Source of the DNA: Zootoca vivipara
Lineage: Eukaryota
Length of the DNA: 64,000 nt
Direction: 5' to 3'
Assembly (NCBI RefSeq): GCF_963506605.1
Contig: NC_083282.1
Span: 8,370,001 to 8,434,000, forward strand
Shown: positions 56,120 through 64,000 of the stretch, one piece after another
How the letters are laid out: each line of letters begins with the position of its first letter
Position numbering within the stretch: position 1 is the first letter of the stretch
The notes under the pieces: model-generated
Told to the model about the DNA's origin: nothing
Database searches by the model: none
Seen by the model: the letters and a program-made list of their open reading frames with translations, nothing else
Translations under genes and position numbers: made by a program

Positions 56120-56650
56120 ATAAGAATATTATTATATCCCCACCCCCCACCCCCAGACTGATGGGACACCTGATCATGGCAGGATTACAGATTGAAAACA
56201 AGAAGGTGTACACTGTACAGTATGTTGGAAGTGTAATGAAATTGAGGGATTTTTATTCATGTGGCAGTCCTGTAAAATAATTAAGGAATATTGGGAAACT
56301 ATATATAATGAATTGAAAAAGATACTTTAAAAAATCTCCCCAAACCACGTGAGATTTTCCTCTTGGGGATGGTAACAATAGAGGTCCCCCCAAAACAAAA
56401 GCATTTGCTTTAATACGCCACCGCTGCAGCTAGAATCTTATTGCCACAAAGGTGGAGAACAAGTCTAGTAGCCACCAAGGAAGAATGGCTGTGTAAAATG
56501 TTCAAATATGATGAACTGGCTGGTCTGACGAGCAGGGTAAGAGAAAACGAAGATGAGAAACGTAAGGAGGAATGGATAATCATTGAATATTTCAAGAACC
56601 AGTATAGACAAAGTCATAGAGTATTTAATAGATAACAAATTGGATGATTA
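56120..56650 (+). mobile_element. Degenerate L1-type ORF2 C-terminal fragment
   Basis: CWKC..MWQSC..IKEYWE..LLG..AARILLPQRW..EEWL pattern. Confidence 0.6.
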
Positions 56651-56976
56651 AAAAGATGTGGATTACGTGGAGCAGTAGAAAAGCAAAAGGAACCAGGAAA
56701 AGGATGGAAGGGAAGTCATATGGTATATGTCATATGGGAAGTCATATGGTATATGCTGTGTATTTGGTATGAAGTTGTAAGTGGGACAGCAGGAGGGGAG
56801 GGGCGCTCAAGATGCTCTCTGTTCCTGTTTTTGAAGATGCAAATAAAAATTAAAGGAAAACGAATCACGGGAAACACCACGTAGAATCAAAACCATCCAC
56901 GTATTAAACCCGTTTGAAACGGGGGATATTATTGGATTGTTCTTTTATTGTTTTTATTATATACATACACATATAT

Positions 56977-57022
<46 letters not shown>

Positions 57023-57319
57023 GTGGTTTTTATGTTGATCTTGTTCTGCAAACCGCCCTGACACCTCTGGGTATAGGGCGGTATAGAAACCCAATACTGC
57101 AAATAAAATAAAATAAACAACAACAATAATAATAAAATAAAAATTAATAATAATAAAACATGCAGATTAATTGCAATGAAAAGAACACGGCACCAGTCCG
57201 TTCATTTAAAGCCAGCCCAGTTCCTAAAAGCCCGCTCTCCTTTTTTCTTTTAGGACAACGTACAGACGGGTGAGGGGGAGGAAATAATATTTTTTTTAAA
57301 AAAAACAACCCGAAATAGT

Positions 57320-57890
57320 CCCGGGAAGGGGGTTAGCCGGAACCAATAAGCGCGGGTTATGTGTTGCTACCGGACGCAATCAGCCTGTGCTATGTGTCGC
57401 TGTGCCCTGTTGCTATCGGATGCCAAGACAGGAAACACGTCACCCCCGCAACATGGCCGCCCCCTGGCGGCCGCTTTCCGCCAAGTGGGCGGCCGCGGAA
57501 GCTCTTCTACGCGGCTGCTGTGGTGTAGACTCTATGGTGCTCATCGGACCGGAAGTCCGCCTCCTCGTCTCGCAGCGGGAAGCGCTTCTGTGCGGCCGCA
57601 GTGGAGACTTTATGGTGCTCCTCGTCCCGGAAGTCCGCCTCGGAACTCGCATTGACGTGAGAAGCGGCGGTGCGGGAGCGGAGAAAGGAAGGGCGGAGAA
57701 GGGAAGGGCGGCACGGGGGGCGCCCCCCGCCCTCGGGGCAGCGGCGGCGGCGGCGGCGGCAGGTGAGCTGAGGGGGCGGGAAGGGGGGCGTCGCCCCTCC
57801 AGGCCCAGTCCGCCTTGGGCCCCGACGAGGGGGCTGCTCCTTCCAGCTCCGCTCTCGGGGGAAAAGGGGGGTGGAATTGGGGTCGCCCCC
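57320..57890 (+). promoter_or_regulatory. SCYL3: CpG island promoter of SCYL3
   Basis: Abrupt GC/CpG-rich stretch; CCAAT 57343; YY1-like AACATGGCCGCC 57450-57461; CTCF-like motif 57456-57470; ETS CCGGAAGT at 57549 and 57627; TGACGT at ~57653. Confidence 0.85.
57660..57762 (+). other. SCYL3: SCYL3 non-coding first exon (start approximate)
   Basis: Strong donor GCAG|gtgagc at 57762 inside the CpG island, preceded by a (GCG)n run; TSS inferred. Confidence 0.65.
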
Positions 57891-57963
57891 CAAAAAACAA
57901 ACCCTTTCGATCACTGTTTGTGGGGATCTAGATCTGAGTCCATTGGAGGAGCTTGTGTTGCAC

Positions 57964-57996
<33 letters not shown>

Positions 57997-58114
57997 GTGG
58001 GTTTTTTCCCCGTAATTGCAAGGTGGTTGTTTTTGTTTTGGTTATGTATTTCGTGGTTTTGGTTTTACTCCGTGGACCGCCGTCAGACCTCCGGGTAGAG
58101 GGCGGTATATAAAT

Positions 58115-58272
58115 TCAATAAATAATAATAATGATGATGATGAAATGGTAAAGAAAAGGTAATAATGATAATGACGATAATGATAAAAGGTAAGAAAAAT
58201 AAAAGGTAAAGAAAAGTTAGTAATAATAGTAATAATGGTAAAGAAAAGATGATAATAATGATGATGATGATA
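58115..58272. repeat. Degenerate (ATA/ATG/AAAG) low-complexity tail
   Basis: Follows an L2-type 3' end (GGGCGGTATATAAAT); a similar end is at 57050-57160. Confidence 0.7.
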
Positions 58273-58799
58273 CACGTCAGTTGATGCTGCTGCCTGTCAG
58301 TGTCGTGTTGGGGCTCTCCTTTAAGGCCTGCTGGAATGTAACTTATGGTAGATATTCCCTTCAAACACATCCGTTCACATTCGTTTGCTCCAGGAAAGAG
58401 CTGTGACTGGAAATTGGAGAAAAACACCAAAGTCTTGCAAGACCTTAAACATGGGACAGCTTCATTATGGGAGAATCCCTTGCAGAACAGAGCCCAATCA
58501 GACGCATAGTGCACCCTGAACTATATGCGCAAAAAAATGTGTACGTACCATGTTGCTGTTGGTGGTGGGAGTTAAGAGTGGGACCACAAGGCCGCAAAAT
58601 GCAATAGGCAGCGGTAGGTCTGTGACACAGAGATGCATCTCCTGTGTCCAAGAGCTGCTGTTGCCTCTGTCTTCATAGCAGCTGTGCACTTGCTGGCTTA
58701 GAACAGCCCTTCCTGCATCTGAAAAGTAGCTCTTGTCCTTTGAAACTTTTATTACAGAAGGCCTGTTGGTTTTTAAGGTGTCGCAAGACGTATGAGTGT

Positions 58800-59055
58800 G
58801 TGTGCCTGTTAACTGAAGACTTCTCCCTGATGACACAGTTTGGCCAGAGAACAAACGCCTTCCCATCAGATGTCAAGGAAATAAACAACTATCTGACTTT
58901 TAGAAGACATTTGAAGGCAGCCCTGTTTAGGGAAGCTTTTAATGTTTGATTCTATTTTTAATATTCCATTGGGAGCTGCCCAGAGTGGCTAGGGACACCC
59001 AGCCAGGTGGGCGGAGTATAAATAAATAAATAAATTACTACTACTACTACCACTA
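58800..59055 (+). mobile_element. L2-type LINE 3' end
   Basis: NAFPSDVKEINNYLTFRRHLKAALFREAF*, then GGCGGAGTATAAATAAATAAA tail. Confidence 0.7.
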
Positions 59056-59891
59056 CAAAGTAAAGAGTTGAGAAAATCAAGGGTTGTCAATGAGGTGTTG
59101 TTGTTTTTGTTGGGTAGGGTAAGCAAAATAGCGCAAATGGTGGTAAAACCTCTGCAGTGTGTCGACATGAGTGGCAGATTTTCTTACCTGGGTCTGATAT
59201 AAAGCAGCACGTAATTACTGGCGCTAAATTCCAGGTGCTCATCAAACTTTGCTTAAATGACACACACGAAAATATCAATGGCTTAACGTAATACTCTTCT
59301 GTCTGATTTTGTCCGCACACAAAAAACAGGTGGGGGTGGTGTTGTGTAACAAACACATTTTTCCGGGGTATTAAAAAAAAAACTCATTTTACAAGCTTAA
59401 GGCTGCAGAGGAAAACCAGAAAATACAGCCGTGTTCCACACCTGAAACCTGGTGCTCTAAAGGCAGTACTGTATAGAAGTAGTAAGCCCCCAGGGGGACG
59501 TATGCTGTCTGGTCAGTGATGTTGCCAGGACTTTAGAGCAGGCAGAAAAGAAAGACTGCTTCATACCTGAAGTACACAAAAGTGCTTAGAAGACAAGAGG
59601 CCGCCACTAGAAGTAGGTTGTTTCTGTATCCTTCAGAGCCAAGGACAAAAGAAAAACTTGTGCAGCCTTTAGGGATGGTTAGAGGTTTCAACATTAGACT
59701 CAAGGGGCAAATCCACAAGTGATTTACCTGTACATAGCCTGTTGCAGATGAACGCAACCGAGTTCTTTATTTCTTAATACAGCGTGTAAACCGTTTTCTT
59801 ATTGATTTGCTTTTCTGGTTCTCTTCCTCTCTCATTGGCACAGGTTTTTGAAAGAATTCAATTTCAAAATTGTAAATTTTTCGAGGTGTCT

Positions 59892-59997
59892 GTGGATAGC
59901 TCAGTCAGTAGAGCAGGAGACTCTTAATCTCAGGGTCATGGGTTTGAGTTCCACGTCAGGCAAAGGTTTCCAACTCCACAATCCTATGATTCTGTGA
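59892..59997 (+). mobile_element. tRNA-Lys(CTT)-derived SINE with CR1-like tail
   Basis: TAGCTCAGTCAGTAGAGCAGGAGACTCTTAATCTCAGGGTCATGGGTTTGAG fused to TTCCAACTC...CTATGATTCTGTGA. Confidence 0.7.
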
Positions 59998-60598
59998 AAT
60001 TCTTTGGATACATTTATAAACCCCGAATACATGATGTTAATGGGGAAGTTTAAAGTGGACTTCTCGCCTTTGCTGCTTTTGATTGAACACCCCGCCCTCC
60101 CCCCCTTCAGCAATATGGGCTGGGCAGTGAACACAGCTAATCTGCTTCCAGAGAATGCAGATTCTGGTGCTTTCCTCTGTACATTCCCACTTCTGGCTTT
60201 ATGTTTTAGCATTAACTGATAGAAATAGTGTGGCTGTTTCTTTAAGATGAAGAACTGTTAAAAGTTGATGATGTCTTTTGAACCTTGGAATCTGTGCTTA
60301 ACACGCTGGATTGGAATTCGAACCCTTTGTCCCAAGACTGATTCAAGGCAACCCTATGCATGTTTACTTGAATGTAAGTCTTATTTAGACTTATTTAGAA
60401 TTGCATTGTTTTGTGTGTGTGAGAAAAACCAAAACAATATCTAAAATTATTTATTGTGTCTTTCATCTTTGTGCAGAGAATGCTATGAGGAATTTACAGT
60501 AACGTCTCTTGGGACTAATTTGTCTGGAAATGCTTCTCTTTAAAGTTGCTTTGACACTAGAAAACGCCCGCTGCAAAACGGCTTGAGTTTACAAGGTG

Positions 60599-60763
60599 AT
60601 GGGCTCAGAGAACAGCGCTTTAAAGCGTGATGCGTTGCAAGAGCCTCCATTTACTTTACCCTCTGGAGTCAATATTTACCCAGCGGTACTGCAGCGTGGC
60701 AAACTTGCTTCTGTGTTTGTGTACAAGAGAGAAAATGAAGACAATGTTAACAAAGCTGCCAAG
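60599..60763 (+). CDS. SCYL3: SCYL3 first coding exon
   Basis: [55 protein letters not shown]|gtattg; matches the SCYL3/PACE-1 N-terminus; MGxxxS N-myristoylation motif. Confidence 0.95.
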
Positions 60764-61744
60764 GTATTGTATTATATTTGGTGTATTATTATTATTAAAA
60801 ATTAGAACTTGGTTCACCAGCAGTTTCCAGGGTGGTTCATATAAAAACTGCAGAGACAATGATAACTCTCGGGTTGGGAATGGTACAATATCCTCCTTTT
60901 GCAGCAGGCTTTCTCTCTCCCCTACTGACCCAACTTAGAGCAGGAGCCAAACCAAACTAACAGGAATTCTAGCTAATTCACATCGCCTTGAGCTGATATG
61001 ACTCAGCTTCTTTCAGATTTGGCTAACCAACGCAGCTCAAACTCACCAGTGCAAAGCATGAGCCGAAACTGGTGAAAACTAGAAATACGTTATTGAGCTG
61101 TCAGCCTTGGACAAGGGTACACAGAGCAAGAAAAGAAAATGGCAAAGGAAGGAAGAGCTGAGAGTTGAGAAAGGCCCTTTCCCCATCTTCTGGATCCCTG
61201 GGAAAACTCAGCCAACGCGCTGCACCTGGAACTGGGTGTGGAGAATGGGGCACAGCTGTAGGCAGCCTGAGCACCACCCACTTGGGGCCTGTTTATGAAA
61301 AGCAGATATAGAGTGATAGACCTATGGCGATGTCTGCTGCTTCCAGAAATTCTTCTCATTGTGCGGCTTTTGTGGGTGGGGGGTTTGTTTGAACCCGGGG
61401 TGAGAACCTGGAGGCTGAGAGGGGAGGGTATGTCAAGGAAAATGAATTGATAGCGATTTACATAAGTAACTTTGTATTAATGCAACTTTTTAATATGTAA
61501 CTGTATTTTTGTAATATTTTCTTTGGCTACTGTTGCTTCAGGGTGTTGTTGTTTTTTTGTACACTGCTTGGATATATTTTAAATATATTAAGCAGCGTAG
61601 AAATTAAATAATCAAATCGTAACATGCAAAAATCAAGCTGTGCCAAAAAAGCAACGTAGACTGCTGTTCCTTTTCACTATTTTAATGTGTGATGCATAAG
61701 CTGATGCCCCATATACTGAGTGGCTTTATCTTGCGTTTTGGAAG

Positions 61745-61930
61745 CACCTGAAAACTTTACGCCACCCTTGCCTCCTGCGCTTCCTTTCTTGTACTGTGGA
61801 AACAGATGGGATCCACCTGGTTACAGAGCGCGTTCAGCCACTGGAGAAAGTACTGGAGACCCTCTCTTCTCCAGAGATATGTGCTGGTATCTATGATGTT
61901 TTGCAGGCGCTTGTCTTCCTCCATGATAGG
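61745..61930 (+). CDS. SCYL3: SCYL3 second coding exon
   Basis: gaag|CAC...AGG|gtgagt; [62 protein letters not shown]; 186 nt. Confidence 0.95.
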
Positions 61931-63187
61931 GTGAGTTTTTGGTTTGGTTTTCTCTCTACTTCTAGGAATAGAGGTGAATGTTTAGGATAGGAAAGCCTTG
62001 GGGCCCTCTAGGTAGTTTGACCACAGTTCTCATCAGCCCATGGTTAGATATTATGAGAGTCCACAACATCTGGAGAGCACCACATTGATTGGCATGGCCT
62101 AACCAATTGTAATGTATGGAGGGAGCTTTGCTTGAGGAACTGGACTTGGTCGTTGCTACTTTGAATGCAAGATATTGGACCTGTAAAATCATATGTCTTC
62201 AGTCTGCTTGTTTTTGTTTTCCAAATGAGCAGTTTCAAAGCTAAATTAATTAACTTAATGCTAACTGTTAGCAAAGCTACTGGGCTGCTTTCAGATGGCA
62301 AGGAGGATTGATGAGTTCTTCGGAGGCCTCATTCAGTCTTTCAGGTTAATATATTGATGATTGTCACTGTCTGGTTTTGAAACGGCATATCGAGAAGACC
62401 CCTTGGATATGCATGTTGCGTAATACGTTCCAAAAGTAAAACAAATTCTTTATTGCAAGACCTCCTTTGAGCACACTTTTTTGCAGATATAATAAACTTC
62501 TACTTTTGCATAAACTTGTTTTTTATATGCTTTGTTTTGAACTAGAAATGCGATTTTTAAAATAATGCATTGAATTTCGGCTGGTGTGGGAGAACAGCAA
62601 GAGGAGGAGGTTTATATGTATGTGACATGTAAAGCTATGCTAGGTGAAATTAGTAGCATAAAGAATTGTGTGATCTTCCTATGCTCCTGGAGTTGGGAGT
62701 TCTGGGTTTTGCAGTCGAAAGGAAATTCATTTCTGCTAGGCAGTTGGCAATATTACAGTCATTGGGGTCGGAATAAGGGAAAATGCCTTTTGAAATGCAC
62801 AACAGATCATGTGCCTTCTGAGGCTGGCTTTGTATTTTTCCAGGGTTTTACATGATTCATTGCAATGTCTCCCATCTGGTTTGTTCAGCGGTTGTTTTGT
62901 GCTTCTTCTGCAGATTTGAAGGGAGCACACCCGGAGGCAGCATAAATTTCTCTCTTTGCCCAGATATGGTGTGCTGGGAGTAAACTGAGTTATGCTAGTT
63001 AAATTTGGCCTGGCATACAGCTCCTCTCCTTGCAAGAGCTCTCTGGTGGCATATAAACCTCCTCTGTGGTTTTGGCAGCTCTCCTCTGGAGTCTCATGAC
63101 ACCCAATTAGTACTAACAAGCGTTTTATGCCTACAATTATTCCCAGTCTTATTGTATGTTTTCCCTTCCTTTCAAAATGTATTCTAG

Positions 63188-63301
63188 GGACACCTGACAC
63201 ACAACAATGTTTGCCTATCTTCTGTATTTGTGAGTGAAGATGGGCACTGGAAACTAGGAGGCATGGAAACTGTCTGCAACCAGAGTGAAGCAACAGCAGA
63301 G
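63188..63301 (+). CDS. SCYL3: SCYL3 third coding exon
   Basis: ttctag|GGA...GAG|gtagag; [38 protein letters not shown]; HNN and KLGG replace the HRD and DFG motifs, as in SCY1-like pseudokinases. Confidence 0.95.
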
Positions 63302-63763
63302 GTAGAGTTGCATAGTCCACTCCTTGGCCATGCCCAAGGAGGGCATTCCCTGACTTCTGGGTGGTCTTTGCTATTGAGCTCGCTGTGTCGGGTAATTTAA
63401 AGTTTCTCAAGCTGAAATGTGTGTGGGCTCATTAGCAAGCCTTGTTGCCTTGAAAGAAAGGGTGAAGCAAGCTTGCAGATTCCCTGAACCAGTAGTAGCA
63501 AACATGGACCCCACAGATGGCGTTGGACTGCATCTTCCAGCAACCCTGACTAGCTGGACTAGAACATTGTCTGAAGGGCCCCACATTGGCTAATGCTGCC
63601 TTCAGTGATGGTGTTCAACAAGACTGGGAGCTAATGATCTTTTAGCCAAAAGTTCACTAGCTCCTGTTAGGCTGCAATGAACAAGCTAGTCATTTTCTTA
63701 TTTGGGCAATTTATATCCTGCTTATATCTGAACAAAGCAAGTGGGTAACAACATAGGTTATAC

Positions 63764-64000
63764 CAGGCATAGGCAAACTCGGCCCTCCAGATGTTTTGGG
63801 ACTACAGTGACGCCTCGCAAGACGAATTTAATTCGTTCCGCGAGTCAATTCCTTTTGCGAAAAATTCGTCTTGCGAATCGCAGTTTCCCATAGGAATGCA
63901 TTGAATTTTCTTTTCTTTTTTGCCCATAGGAACGCATTAATTAAATTCCAGTGCATTCCTATGGGAAACCGCAATTCGCAAGATGATTTTTTCGCAAAAC
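63764..64000. mobile_element. hAT hairpin MITE interrupted at TA (63803-63804) by a Tc1/mariner-type MITE; runs off the window
   Basis: CAGGCATAGGCAAACTCGGCCCTCCAGATGTTTTGGGACTA, then CAGTGACGCCTCGCAAGACG..CCCATAGGAATGCATT (core shared with the 927 MITE family). Confidence 0.75.

Noticed and set aside
56710-56755. 26-bp-period tandem duplication GGGAAGTCATATGGTATATG
   Set aside because: Simple two-copy slippage next to a decayed L1; no sign of function
57359-57983. Several long ORFs on both strands at the CpG island
   Set aside because: Stop-codon scarcity in GC-rich DNA; low-complexity Ala/Pro/Arg translations
59892-59962. Functional tRNA-Lys(CTT) gene
   Set aside because: Acceptor stem and T-loop are degenerate (GTTTGAG), and it runs into a CR1-like tail; a SINE/pseudogene
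62736-63410. 224-aa minus-strand ORF
   Set aside because: Antisense to a SCYL3 exon and intron, non-ATG start, no recognisable domain

Overview
Vertebrate nuclear DNA. The Sauria-type SINEs plus Bov-B, CR1, L2 and Penelope-like repeats point to a squamate, probably a lacertid lizard (inference). The + strand carries the last 10 coding exons of KIFAP3 (kinesin-2 accessory subunit KAP3; 8541-51980, stop TAA at 51978-51980). SCYL3 (PACE-1 pseudokinase) follows in tandem, with a CpG-island promoter, a non-coding first exon and the first three coding exons (ATG 60599); this is the same gene order as in human. I checked exon boundaries and phases by hand, and they join into continuous reading frames. 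The most notable gene-level feature is a U12-type (minor spliceosome) GT-AG intron in KIFAP3 (23145-25170). There is also a candidate intronic-polyadenylation short KAP3 isoform. The rest is dense transposon debris with readable target-site duplications (TSDs): nested insertions, hAT MITEs whose arms co-vary, Tc1/mariner-type MITEs, a young CR1 with an in-frame deletion of the RT core, and LTR-like remnants. I found no convincing new biological system. Most ORFs in the supplied track are repeat-derived or spurious. Repeat family names come from motif recognition, not database searches.
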